Shown here piece after piece: positions 38,199 to 48,058 of a stretch of DNA of 64,000 nucleotides. Made by a program: the position numbers and the translations under genes. The DNA is from a virus (Duplodnaviria > Caudoviricetes). Below the pieces are notes generated by a model. It did not search any database, had not been told where the DNA came from, and saw only the letters and a list, made by a program, of their open reading frames with translations. The first letter of the stretch is position 1, and the number at the start of each line of letters is the position of its first letter. Location: positions 13,549-77,548 of IMG/VR virus record IMGVR_UViG_3300020049_008034. One strand, given 5' to 3'.

Positions 38199-39725
38199 TT
38201 ATACTGGTTTCATCATCGTCAGTGCGTTTCCGCACGCGATATGTGCGGCTCCTTCATGGAGCCAAAAACGCTGCATCGAGTCGTATTGGGTTACGGGTTT
38301 TCCGAATGGAGTATTACCGCCAACGCCTGCGCCAGGGAGGATATCTGTTACAACTTCACGAGAATAGCCATTCAGGGCTTTGTACTCATATCCGATTGCA
38401 CTCTTCTTCTCACCGGTTCCTTTGTCGGTGTACCACTGGTATGGAGCCCATACGCCCCACTTGCGGTGCTCGTATCCACTGCCGCCAGCCAATTGAATGT
38501 CAGAGAATTCTCCGAGGTTCTTAAGGTGGAATGTGAAACCTTTGGTTTCAATGGCACGATACTGAAACGACAGTGTGATGTCTGCTTGCTTGTAATCTTG
38601 TTTAGGGATTGCGGCGGCAGAGGTGAATCCACGCATATCGTCTGACATGATTCGGTCAAGGTTCTTAGTGTAGTTGCCATCAAGAACCGCTGTGTAGGCG
38701 TTTTCGATGTCCGATCCAAGGTCTGGGCCGATAAAGCCGAGGATGTCGGCGCTATCGCAGCATCGGTTATCCAGGTAGACATCGGCCAAAGCCTGCAAAT
38801 CTGTGGTAGCAAAAGCACCGGAAGAGTAGTCTACGTCATTACCACCGCTTTCTGCGAACTCAAGAAATCCTTCAGTTCCAGTTGTGGTCATGTCGATGGA
38901 GTTCAGGTCGGTGTTTACGAAGGAGTAGGTTCCTTGTTGTCCGAATAGATACATGTTGCTCATCCGGGCTTCGAAACGCCGTGCGGCATTCCAGTCCATT
39001 GAAACAACAATACTCTGACCGGGACCAGCGCCGGGCTGAGAATGGTAAACTGCGTTGGTCAATTCAGAACCAGTGATTTTGGTCGCTTCCTTAACGATAC
39101 CAAACGTGTTGGTGTATTTGAAGAATCGAGGCAAAACTGGCTCAGGGAGACCAGAGCCTTCAGCCCAGTCATTGTGAGTGATTGCGTAAGACTCAGTAGC
39201 GACTACCAAAGAAGCGAGATCTACATCTGCTTGAGGGGTTAGCGTGAGGCGGTGTGGGTTGGTCGTTACGTTCTTTGCGGTGATCTTACAAGTCGTGCCA
39301 TCATGCAAAAGAACGATGTCATTTACCCGTGGGTAAGAAGTTGGCCGTGCCGAGCTAGACACAGTGGCTCCAGAGGAGTACATGTCAGTTGCATCGATTG
39401 CAACGATTACGTTTGTGCCGGCGCCAGAAGAAGCGGTAACAATCGAGCTGACGGTAAACGTCTGCTCGTCCCAAGGCATTTCGTAGTGGCCGATGGTTGG
39501 GTTTGACACACCCCGGCTGTAGCCTAGTGTCTTAAGGAACCACCGAAAACCCATATACGACATATGTCGCATGAATAAGTCGGTAGACTCCGCAATGGGG
39601 CGAGCGTAATCATCATAGATTTCGCTCTGGCTGGCTGCTCCGCCAGCGGGGTTGTAAAGGTTGGGATTGGCATTGCCTGTCCCGGCTTCGGGATTATCAT
39701 AAATCCCTGAATTAACATATGGCAT
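38199..39725 (-). CDS. Major capsid protein (crAss-like, HK97 fold)
   Basis: 508 aa after portal and scaffold; F.KYTNTFGIVKEATKITGS, E..Y.FG and TEG motifs; followed by strong hairpin. Confidence 0.8.
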   Translation of the reverse strand: MPYVNSGIYDNPEAGTGNANPNLYNPAGGAASQSEIYDDYARPIAESTDLFMRHMSYMGFRWFLKTLGYSRGVSNPTIGHYEMPWDEQTFTVSSIVTASSGAGTNVIVAIDATDMYSSGATVSSSARPTSYPRVNDIVLLHDGTTCKITAKNVTTNPHRLTLTPQADVDLASLVVATESYAITHNDWAEGSGLPEPVLPRFFKYTNTFGIVKEATKITGSELTNAVYHSQPGAGPGQSIVVSMDWNAARRFEARMSNMYLFGQQGTYSFVNTDLNSIDMTTTGTEGFLEFAESGGNDVDYSSGAFATTDLQALADVYLDNRCCDSADILGFIGPDLGSDIENAYTAVLDGNYTKNLDRIMSDDMRGFTSAAAIPKQDYKQADITLSFQYRAIETKGFTFHLKNLGEFSDIQLAGGSGYEHRKWGVWAPYQWYTDKGTGEKKSAIGYEYKALNGYSREVVTDILPGAGVGGNTPFGKPVTQYDSMQRFWLHEGAAHIACGNALTMMKPV

Positions 39726-39726
39726 G

Positions 39727-40611
39727 TTACTTTTTTGTATTGAGTTGACGATAAGCCATTTCGGTCGCCGATGCCCAAGCGTCTTTCACTATCGCCTCAA
39801 TCATTTGGTCTTTAGCCAATGTCTGAACTGAAAACTGGAACATTTGTTTTGCCATTACCAACCCCTGTTCATCTAGTTTAACGCCCTGCGCAACCAGAGT
39901 ACTTAGAACATTTTGTTGTACGGCGTTCAATTGCTCCTGAGACAGCTCAGGTTTGAAATTGAGTTCGTAGCGATTCCCTTTATCAAGATCCACTTTAAGT
40001 GGGATCTCTTCGACACCCATAGACGGCAGTACTTGCTTCCAACCCGTCTCAAGCGCCCTGCGCTGTTCGACTTCTGGGTTTTTCACATTTGCTAAATCCG
40101 CCTTGTAGGTTTCGAGAAATTTCTTGGATTCGGTGGCCTTCATTTTGGCCTTTATTTCTCGTAGTCTTGAAGCCTTCGAAAACCCCTCTGGGTCGTCTTC
40201 CTCGTTTGGAAGCTCACCTAGTTCGTAGTTGATCAGTTCGTCGATCTCACTAGCCTCTAGTGAAGGATTTTGCATTTGATAATGGAGTTTGATTGCCGTG
40301 TTGTGGTCAATCTTGTCCATATCTAGGCTCTGGAGCTGAGTGAAGCGAAGTAGGTGATCAGAAGATGCTCCTTGTTTTGCTAGGTCGTTTATTTTGGCAA
40401 CGAAATCATTAGCAAATGGAGAGATTTGAGATTGAGCTTTATATTGCTCTACCTCTCCTTTAAGGAGATCATACTGGCCCAACCGGGCTTTTACTTCCTC
40501 AGCGGGTAGCCCGAAGGCATCAGCCTGAACAGGGGTAGAAGCTGGCGCGTTAGCGTTAGCGGCTGCCTGATTCGCTTGTTGGTCGGTTGCGACCGGAGCT
40601 GTGTTTTCCAT
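39727..40611 (-). CDS. Putative scaffolding protein
   Basis: Acidic, helical, low-complexity N-terminus; between portal and MCP. Confidence 0.6.
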   Translation of the reverse strand: MENTAPVATDQQANQAAANANAPASTPVQADAFGLPAEEVKARLGQYDLLKGEVEQYKAQSQISPFANDFVAKINDLAKQGASSDHLLRFTQLQSLDMDKIDHNTAIKLHYQMQNPSLEASEIDELINYELGELPNEEDDPEGFSKASRLREIKAKMKATESKKFLETYKADLANVKNPEVEQRRALETGWKQVLPSMGVEEIPLKVDLDKGNRYELNFKPELSQEQLNAVQQNVLSTLVAQGVKLDEQGLVMAKQMFQFSVQTLAKDQMIEAIVKDAWASATEMAYRQLNTKK

Positions 40612-40615
40612 GGTA

Positions 40616-40647
40616 CAAATATAATACTTTTTGTTTAAAAATCCAAA
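40616..40647 (-). promoter_or_regulatory. Promoter 4 nt upstream of scaffold ATG
   Basis: TTTG, 20-nt spacer, TATATTTG, TACC, ATG. Confidence 0.8.
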
Positions 40648-40649
40648 TG

Positions 40650-42863
40650 CTACTGCTCTAGCCTAGATTGGTTGTTTTCTCTTACCACATCTACCGCTTG
40701 AGCGTGTGACATAGCTGCTTGCTTTTCGATTTTCTGCATCTCGAATGGATGCTTTTTGATGTATAGATCGAACTCCGCTTGATTCATTGCGGCAATTTCC
40801 TGAAGCTTGGCTTGCATCGCATTCATTGCATTCTGCCCTCTTGCGTTTTCAACCGCTACTCCAGCCTCAGCATTGCCTTGAGCGACTGCTTGCTGAACTT
40901 CCATTTGTCTTTGGTGAGCGCGTTCTTCTGCTTTTTTAATCGCCAACATCAAAATGAACTGAGCCTTTTTCAGATCGTTTTGTTCAAGGCAGTTCATCAC
41001 CACCAAATAAGACTCTGGAGGTAGTTGATCACGCTTCTCCATAAGGCTTTGCATAATCATATTCTTGGTCTCTTGCGTTTCGACTTGCACGTCTACCAAA
41101 AACTCCTCACGACCGAAATCTCTTCCTCCGGTGATCACCGTTAGCCCTTCTCGCTGCTGTGATCCATATGCCAAGATAGATTGCTGTTGCCTAAGGACAA
41201 CATATTTGATCATGGCGTTGTAGAAGTTAACGTATGTGGTTAGGAGTGGGCGAATAATCGAATTAGAAGCCTTTTCCAGCCCGATAGCGACGTTTTTAAG
41301 CATATCTGGCACTGCTCCGTCTACCAACTCATTTAAGCCCGTCATGGCTCTTATGTTCTGGATGTGCGACATAATTTCTTGCTGGAGGATGGCAAAGTCT
41401 TCCCCTACTCCGGAAGGCAAAAATTCGATAGGCTTGAGGTTGGCAATATTGGGGTTGTCTGAAAAGTCAGCATTTCTTTCTAAAACAAATATACCTTCGG
41501 TTTGGTATAAATGCAGGAGTTCTTTGATTGAAAACTCATCTGCCCCAATAGAAACGCTGTCCATGATCACGTCCTTCCAGATGATCATCCGGGGTCCGGG
41601 TGCGATTTTTGTCTTAAGCGCCCGAAGCTTATATGTGTCTAATTGGAGGTCGTCATCGAACGGGATTACGTTTTCTGTAACCGAAGTTCTTTGTGTGCAA
41701 AAAACAATCAAAGGGAACATTAGTCGGTCTCCATCACGCACCATCATGTCTACCGGCCCAAACTCCAAAATGATATCTGTTCCAACAACCCATTGGGCTT
41801 TGTACATTCTTAAAATATCGTACTCTTCTACCGTCTTTCCTTGCTTTACGCCTCTTTCGGAGAGTTTAAAGCCCGGTTGAACAACCTCGAACTGCCGAAC
41901 TCCATTCTTGCGAACTCCCTTAACTACCGGGTAATTGTCGTATTCAATCCAGTACATCGTTACGACCTTTACGCTCTCTTTTGGGACACCATGACGAACA
42001 TAATCCTCTTTCTCTCCCCATGTCCACTTGATACCGGCGACATTTTTCAATGCTTTAATGTCGACGTTTTTGTGCTTGGCTTTAATTTCAGAGATAGAAG
42101 GGTAAGCCCAATAGCCACGATACTCAGTGTCTCGGTAGTCTTCATGGATGGATTTAGGGATAATCAGTGATGCTGGGTCAACATAAAGGAACTGCCCTAC
42201 TCCGTTGATCACATCATAGTCCATGGCTGCTAAAGCAATATCGATAAAATCCTCAATAGGCAGATTGAAAAGAGATGCCTGACCGGAATTTCTTAAAGCG
42301 ACGTCAGCGACGTCTTTTGCGATGATTTCTCGCTCTAGTCGAATTCCGCCCAACTGATCAAGAATGTCGACATCTTCCTGAGATTGAGCAGGCATAGGAG
42401 GCGTGGTGTAGTCGGCCCCTTGCATGAATGTCTTCATCTCATCCGATAAGAGAAGCTTCATTTTGTTTTTAACAAAGTCCTTCTCCAACACCGCATCATT
42501 AGAGGTTGCGTCTATTTTAGGCGTTAGGATGAGTTCTTGGAACTTAGACCTTAAGATAGCCTTGTACCTCTCGTAGTGCCTAGATATCTCCCAAGAAATA
42601 TTCATGTTGTACTTCTTGGCATTACCCTTTTTTCTGGGTGGGTCGACCTGATCTCGGTATCGGGACGGATGTTGAACGCCTTTACCATGATCTCTGAGTT
42701 CTTTAAATGATCTTTGAGAATAACCATGAAGACCGCCGTTGGGGCCAATCATGCAGTTATTCTGAGAGAATTGACCATAGTAGTATTTGCACATATCCAA
42801 GGCGTATTTTTCATCTCGGTTTGTGCCTTCTGGTCGGGAGGTTATGGATCTGTAATCAAACAT
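40650..42863 (-). CDS. Portal protein
   Basis: 737 aa directly after terminase; helical, TGLNELVDG motif, coiled-coil C-terminus. Confidence 0.8.
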   Translation of the reverse strand: MFDYRSITSRPEGTNRDEKYALDMCKYYYGQFSQNNCMIGPNGGLHGYSQRSFKELRDHGKGVQHPSRYRDQVDPPRKKGNAKKYNMNISWEISRHYERYKAILRSKFQELILTPKIDATSNDAVLEKDFVKNKMKLLLSDEMKTFMQGADYTTPPMPAQSQEDVDILDQLGGIRLEREIIAKDVADVALRNSGQASLFNLPIEDFIDIALAAMDYDVINGVGQFLYVDPASLIIPKSIHEDYRDTEYRGYWAYPSISEIKAKHKNVDIKALKNVAGIKWTWGEKEDYVRHGVPKESVKVVTMYWIEYDNYPVVKGVRKNGVRQFEVVQPGFKLSERGVKQGKTVEEYDILRMYKAQWVVGTDIILEFGPVDMMVRDGDRLMFPLIVFCTQRTSVTENVIPFDDDLQLDTYKLRALKTKIAPGPRMIIWKDVIMDSVSIGADEFSIKELLHLYQTEGIFVLERNADFSDNPNIANLKPIEFLPSGVGEDFAILQQEIMSHIQNIRAMTGLNELVDGAVPDMLKNVAIGLEKASNSIIRPLLTTYVNFYNAMIKYVVLRQQQSILAYGSQQREGLTVITGGRDFGREEFLVDVQVETQETKNMIMQSLMEKRDQLPPESYLVVMNCLEQNDLKKAQFILMLAIKKAEERAHQRQMEVQQAVAQGNAEAGVAVENARGQNAMNAMQAKLQEIAAMNQAEFDLYIKKHPFEMQKIEKQAAMSHAQAVDVVRENNQSRLEQ

Positions 42864-42864
42864 G

Positions 42865-44937
42865 TCAGTTGTTTAAATAGAATGAATTGGCGCCCCATAC
42901 TGGTTTTTCATCCGGGGTTTCTTTTTTGTGCTCCATATCCGCAATGAGTGTCCAGCCTGAAGCAACGGCTGTGTCAAATTTTGTTCTCTTGGCGGTTTCA
43001 AAATACATCCACTGGTAAATCAATCTTGGAAGTTTTTCGGCCCAGATGTTTTTAGCAATGTGGGCAGAAAGAAGGTCCACGTAGTTCGATACCAAGTGGG
43101 TAGTTGTTTTTGATCCATGGCGAGCTTCACGCTTTCTTGACAAGCCTGTAATGAGTTCGTGTGGCTCGTATTGCACCAAACCCTTGTATCCTGTTCTCTT
43201 GGCCCATTGTACTAGCCCTGGCTTATCTACCTCTGGGTAGAACTGAACTCCGAAGAACCACGCTGTTAATAACACGTCACGGTAAAAGTCATCCGGGTCT
43301 TTATGGCGGTATTTATAGTCGCAAACAAATTGATTCGTTCGCATATCCCATGTATTGACAACCTCTCCGTTTTCGTCGAACTGTAGCTTACCTTGGTCTT
43401 CATGAAGTAGGTTAAATTTCCGAAAAACAGTGAATGACCCGTCAGATCCTTTGAGTACCGGAACGTCGCTATCGTATGGGTCAACCCCCATGCGGTAGTA
43501 TGGCATATTCTGGGCAACGTAATTATTGCCTCTTTTAAGGATAGCGTTTTCCCGGAACGGCATCTGCGAAAATTGCCAATGTCCTCCCTTTCTTCGGATA
43601 AACTCAACCTCAGTGTTGGGCTTACCGTTTTTCCAAACCAAATCACCTTCGATGATTTCGACCTTTTCGCCGGGTTTATTCCATCTATTCAACCCTTCCT
43701 TGATTTGATTAAGACGGATCTCACACATCCTGGGGTGGAGTGGACAATTAGAAGTTGGTTTTACGAATGCATCCTCAATCGAAGCAGGTTCCTTTCTTTT
43801 AAGCGAAATTATCGCTTCTTCGTTCCCCTGCTCCATTAGGGTTTCCATGCGGTTTTGGCGGTGCTTCTTGGCTTGCTCAACTTTAGGCATCCCAAACTCG
43901 TCCACAATGGCGTTCTTAGTGAAGTCTCTGAATATTCTATAAAGGCCAGAAATAGTTCTGCCGTTCTTATCTCTTTCGTTTGGGTTTGAATCGTCCCAAA
44001 TTTGGGATGCCATTTCAACTGTAGACTTATCTACGTCTGACTCCTTTTCTTCTACCGTGCTGGTTAAGAGGGCTTTACCGTAAACTGTCATCTCGTTATT
44101 TAGCGTAATAACTCGACGTATATTTTCCCATTGAGCCCTAAGTGACATCCTGAAACTTTGGATCTTGAAAATCTCATCCATGTACATTGTGCCGAGTTGG
44201 CTTCCGTCAAACGCTCCTGTCACTGCTGCTTCGTAAGATATAGTAGAGTCTAAGAATTCCCCATAAGACTCCGGGACGACAATGTCTCTTTCTCCTTTCA
44301 TCCGCTTCATTGTTACAACCTCGTTAGGTATATGGAACTGAAGTGTCTCCCCGGTAGATCCAGAATGTTTTGGTTTGAAGAAGTAAGGCATTTTATTGTG
44401 CCCTCTAACTAAGCGATTGTAAGCTTTTTTTGCCTCTGGATCACTATAAGACTGGAGTCCGCCTGGGTAATTAAAGAATCTAGTTGTTCTCTCATAAAGA
44501 ATAAACAATGCTTTTTCGGTTTCACCAATTCTACGTGGCTTTATTGTTATTCCGCCAAGGCAGTGGGGGTCTGGCTCTATTATCATGTAAAAAAACCACA
44601 TAAACTCAAGTGCCTCTAACCTAAAATCTGGTCTCTTGCCTGTATTAGTTGTCCAAAAATCAAAGAACATTGTCGCTGGACCAGGGATATAGTATGGTTC
44701 TCCTTTTATTAGCTGCCACTCCCCGTGCTCCCTCCGATGCCATTGTTGTTCTGCCAGATTATCCAAGTCAAATTCGTTCATTGACTTCAGGTCTGGCATC
44801 TCAAATTTCTTGTACTTTTGCTGACTGATAGGAAGATGATAATTTATCATCTCTCTTTCAATGGGCTGGTCCGGAACAGCAAATGTGTATTCCTCAAGTG
44901 TTTGTGTCAAGCCTTGGTCCCATGTCTTAGTGTACAT
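42865..44937 (-). CDS. terL: Terminase large subunit
   Basis: KPRRIGET Walker A, MYMDE Walker B, GVDPYD nuclease motif, FDTAVASG. Confidence 0.88.
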   Translation of the reverse strand: MYTKTWDQGLTQTLEEYTFAVPDQPIEREMINYHLPISQQKYKKFEMPDLKSMNEFDLDNLAEQQWHRREHGEWQLIKGEPYYIPGPATMFFDFWTTNTGKRPDFRLEALEFMWFFYMIIEPDPHCLGGITIKPRRIGETEKALFILYERTTRFFNYPGGLQSYSDPEAKKAYNRLVRGHNKMPYFFKPKHSGSTGETLQFHIPNEVVTMKRMKGERDIVVPESYGEFLDSTISYEAAVTGAFDGSQLGTMYMDEIFKIQSFRMSLRAQWENIRRVITLNNEMTVYGKALLTSTVEEKESDVDKSTVEMASQIWDDSNPNERDKNGRTISGLYRIFRDFTKNAIVDEFGMPKVEQAKKHRQNRMETLMEQGNEEAIISLKRKEPASIEDAFVKPTSNCPLHPRMCEIRLNQIKEGLNRWNKPGEKVEIIEGDLVWKNGKPNTEVEFIRRKGGHWQFSQMPFRENAILKRGNNYVAQNMPYYRMGVDPYDSDVPVLKGSDGSFTVFRKFNLLHEDQGKLQFDENGEVVNTWDMRTNQFVCDYKYRHKDPDDFYRDVLLTAWFFGVQFYPEVDKPGLVQWAKRTGYKGLVQYEPHELITGLSRKREARHGSKTTTHLVSNYVDLLSAHIAKNIWAEKLPRLIYQWMYFETAKRTKFDTAVASGWTLIADMEHKKETPDEKPVWGANSFYLNN

Positions 44938-46009
44938 CCAAGAATTTTTTAGCTACTTCGTATTTGCGATCCAAGAAATACTTGGGGTCATTTCCGTACA
45001 GCTTTTTCAATAAAACAATAGCTTGCGTTCCGTAGATAGATGTTTTGTAGATATTCCCATCCTTACATGGTTTTGCCATGCTTTCGCAATTTTTTCTGAC
45101 CCATTCTGCGAAAGCGAATACCGCGTCTTTCGACCCGCAAAGCCCAACATAAGGTTTTCCGTAATACTTATCCGTATTTACCCATCCATCCCCATCGATC
45201 ATTCCGCGCCAGAAGTCGGCGTTATTTGCGCAATATTCATACGGCTTGAATGTTAGGCTTTTGTTTGGAGTAATGCCGAACTTCAGCAACGAGCCAACTA
45301 TTCTCTGAGAGCTAAATGTAAAGGCTACGTATTCCCCCTTTTTGGTATTTAGGACATCATGCCCACTCTTACAAAATTCTTTGAATTTATGGAGATGATC
45401 TACATCTCCAGGCTGCAACTCTATTTTTAAGTTCCGCCCGTGAACGTTTCCGTCAGCCCCAATAAATCCCATCCAGTACATTGAATCACGGGTTAGTGAC
45501 TCAAATACCGTTTCATCCAAATCTATTCTTCGAACTGAATCTGCATTTGATCTTCTTTTCTTGTCATGGCGATCCATCATTCTTCGGATGGTATGGTCTT
45601 TTATCCCGTATTCTTTTGCGATGTCAACGCAAGTCATACCGCTTTCATATTTAGCTAAAATATCCGTTTCTTGGACTTTGCTAATATGTCTTCGAGAGCA
45701 CCCACATGAAACAATTCTTCCGTTCTTTACAAAACTTATGTTCTGCGCCTTAGTGACTCCGCATTCACATTTGCAAAAATAAAACTTGATTGCTCCTTGC
45801 TTATGACTAAAGTACAGAATGGTAAGTTTATTAAACTTTTGTCCAATCAGCTCATCTTTCTGCGGCAAAACATCGGATGGCTTGACACCGTATTTTTTCA
45901 TCACGTTGTCTATACAATTTGTAGAAACCCCGTACTCTTTGCCGAGATTGGATCTCGACTCCCCATTGATATACCGATCAATAATTACTTCTTCATCACA
46001 TTGTTTCAT
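44927..46009 (-). CDS. Free-standing LAGLIDADG homing endonuclease with N-terminal HTH/Zn modules
   Basis: WMGFIGADG and FWRGMIDGDG; CKCECG...SCGC; two HTH-like segments. Confidence 0.85.
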   Translation of the reverse strand: MKQCDEEVIIDRYINGESRSNLGKEYGVSTNCIDNVMKKYGVKPSDVLPQKDELIGQKFNKLTILYFSHKQGAIKFYFCKCECGVTKAQNISFVKNGRIVSCGCSRRHISKVQETDILAKYESGMTCVDIAKEYGIKDHTIRRMMDRHDKKRRSNADSVRRIDLDETVFESLTRDSMYWMGFIGADGNVHGRNLKIELQPGDVDHLHKFKEFCKSGHDVLNTKKGEYVAFTFSSQRIVGSLLKFGITPNKSLTFKPYEYCANNADFWRGMIDGDGWVNTDKYYGKPYVGLCGSKDAVFAFAEWVRKNCESMAKPCKDGNIYKTSIYGTQAIVLLKKLYGNDPKYFLDRKYEVAKKFLDVH

Positions 46010-46419
46010 CTCCTAAAGTTTATCGGAATTCCAAAAAAGTTTTTTACCTGAGTGATCAAAAGTTCCAATCGTCGTAATTTCCCATCAATACTTTCCCGGC
46101 CAGGAGCGATGAGTTCATCCGGGTCTTCCAAGAGCGCGTCACGAATATCGGCGGAACTTACAACGTTTTCTTTGAATGAATTACCGGCGTATCGTATTGC
46201 ATCTGGGAGTGTGATTGAGTCTGCGATCCATAAATACTGAACACCTACTGTTCCAGTAAATGTATACCTGTATCTCCCCAGTGAGATAAATGTCATTGCT
46301 CCGCTGGACACAGCAGTACCATCGACCAATGTAACAGTGCATATTGGCGATAAAGAGTTCTCTGGGCCGGATGGCCCGACGAATTCTGCAATGACTGTGT
46401 ATGAAACTGATGCTGCCAT
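46006..46419 (-). CDS. Hypothetical protein
   Basis: Coupled ORF. Confidence 0.55.
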   Translation of the reverse strand: MAASVSYTVIAEFVGPSGPENSLSPICTVTLVDGTAVSSGAMTFISLGRYRYTFTGTVGVQYLWIADSITLPDAIRYAGNSFKENVVSSADIRDALLEDPDELIAPGRESIDGKLRRLELLITQVKNFFGIPINFRR

Positions 46420-47511
46420 TTATAAAGTATAGTCTATCACCGTTGGTTTTGGACCCCCTTCAATAATCATGAATCCGCTCGTTCCTTCTGCCCCCAACTG
46501 TATCCCGTAATCAGTGCTTGGGATAAAAGAAGGTGCGGTTATTTGCCTATAGTTCCGACCATCCGGGCTTCGTTTCACTTGACGAGAATGATTATGCCCT
46601 TGGATAATGATGTTGAACTTATCTTGAGCGCCAAGTCTAAAAATCTTCTCATATGGATCTTGCTTACTTAGAGGCCAATTCCCGTGCTCGGCAATCAATC
46701 TAAACCCATCGTCGTCGGTTACTAAGTAAAATGGATCAAACTTAACTGGATACCCTCTCAACTCAAGGATGTAAGCAATCAAATCGGCAGCTCCGGCTTT
46801 GGAATCATTTTCGGTCTTGTCGCTCATTCTGTCGTGATTACCTCCTATTAGTGTGAATCCGACAAGATTATTGATTTGATCCAAGAAGTGGGCAATAATT
46901 TTGGATGATTCCTTGATCAAGTCTACTCCCCACATCTCAATTGACTTCCATGTATCCGCATGGTTGCGGCCCGTAAAACTCTCTAAGCAATCCCCCAAGC
47001 AGTGTACAATTACTCTTTTGTAATTCCTACTATTAACGATCGCCGCTGTTTCGCTTAAAAGTTCAACAACCTTTTTTAGATTGTATTCCTTGTGGATAGC
47101 CCCCATATGAAGATCAGAAATAATGACGTGAGCAATTTGCCCTTCTACTTCCCTGATCTCATACTTCGGCAGCCCTTCGGCAAATTCTTTAAACTGCTCT
47201 ACTTCTAATGGTCTCGGGACTACCTTGATCTTTAGTCGGTGGTTTTGAACCGTTATTGGTCCATCCGGGCCTTTGATCGGAGTTTCCCAATATGTAGACT
47301 CGATAGGACGAGCCATGTATTTTTTTGGGTCGACTTTATGGTATTTCATTAGGTCGTCAGCCGTTCGGCATGGACCTTCAAAAACAATCTCCCCGTCTTC
47401 ATATTCATACAGGAGAGATCCAGGGCCATCGACTCTTGCTTTTTCTAGAAGCAGCATCCATTGTTTGTACTCATCTTCTGAGGAGTACGTAAGTCTTGGT
47501 CGTATTTCCAT
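46420..47511 (-). CDS. Calcineurin-like metallophosphoesterase
   Basis: SDLH, LGD, GNHD, EHG and GHNH motifs. Confidence 0.85.
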   Translation of the reverse strand: MEIRPRLTYSSEDEYKQWMLLLEKARVDGPGSLLYEYEDGEIVFEGPCRTADDLMKYHKVDPKKYMARPIESTYWETPIKGPDGPITVQNHRLKIKVVPRPLEVEQFKEFAEGLPKYEIREVEGQIAHVIISDLHMGAIHKEYNLKKVVELLSETAAIVNSRNYKRVIVHCLGDCLESFTGRNHADTWKSIEMWGVDLIKESSKIIAHFLDQINNLVGFTLIGGNHDRMSDKTENDSKAGAADLIAYILELRGYPVKFDPFYLVTDDDGFRLIAEHGNWPLSKQDPYEKIFRLGAQDKFNIIIQGHNHSRQVKRSPDGRNYRQITAPSFIPSTDYGIQLGAEGTSGFMIIEGGPKPTVIDYTL

Positions 47512-47515
47512 GCAA

Positions 47516-47547
47516 CAAAAATAGTAACAAATTCTTTAATTTGCAAC
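47516..47547 (-). promoter_or_regulatory. Promoter 4 nt upstream of phosphoesterase ATG (packaging operon)
   Basis: GTTG, 20-nt spacer, TATTTTTG, TTGC, ATG. Confidence 0.65.
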
Positions 47548-48048
47548 TATTAGTGTTGATTTTTCGCTTACCCATCTCTTGCCTCTCCGAAAGAAGATTT
47601 CTTTATTATACTCGAAGACATCTTGAGAGTACCAAGTTATCCGCTTATTGCCGATTTTATCATTTTTGATTGTTACTTCGATGCCGTTCAGTTTCCATTT
47701 GCCTCTGATGGTGTCTCTTGGTCCATCCGGGCTCTTTTTAAACAAATCGTTTAGCTGTTTAGTCGGCTGACGAAGCCTTGTCAAATAAGATTTCTCTTGT
47801 TCTTCCCAAGCAAGCTTGGCGTATCGGTATTGAAGGGCAGCATCGTATCGTTCGTTCACGAGTGTCCTTAAGACAAGAGAATCAGTATTGGTAAATGGAA
47901 ATTTTTGATAAATAATTGAGTCTCCGATATTGGTAAAGGTTTCCTTGAACCAAGTCGAGTCTTTGTTGGATCGAACCCCTTTTGAGTAAACAATGGAGTC
48001 TTGTTGAGCAAAAGAGAAAAAAGGAATAAAAAGAAGCAAATATCTCAT
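47536..48048 (-). CDS. Secreted hypothetical protein
   Basis: Start at 48048: MRYLLLFIPFFSFA followed by QQ. Confidence 0.65.
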   Translation of the reverse strand: MRYLLLFIPFFSFAQQDSIVYSKGVRSNKDSTWFKETFTNIGDSIIYQKFPFTNTDSLVLRTLVNERYDAALQYRYAKLAWEEQEKSYLTRLRQPTKQLNDLFKKSPDGPRDTIRGKWKLNGIEVTIKNDKIGNKRITWYSQDVFEYNKEIFFRRGKRWVSEKSTLIVAN

Positions 48049-48058
48049 GGATGTTGTT

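Noticed and set aside
42865-46009. Group I intron or intein in terminase associated with the LAGLIDADG gene
   Set aside because: terL is one continuous ORF with all motifs; the endonuclease is a separate overlap-coupled gene.
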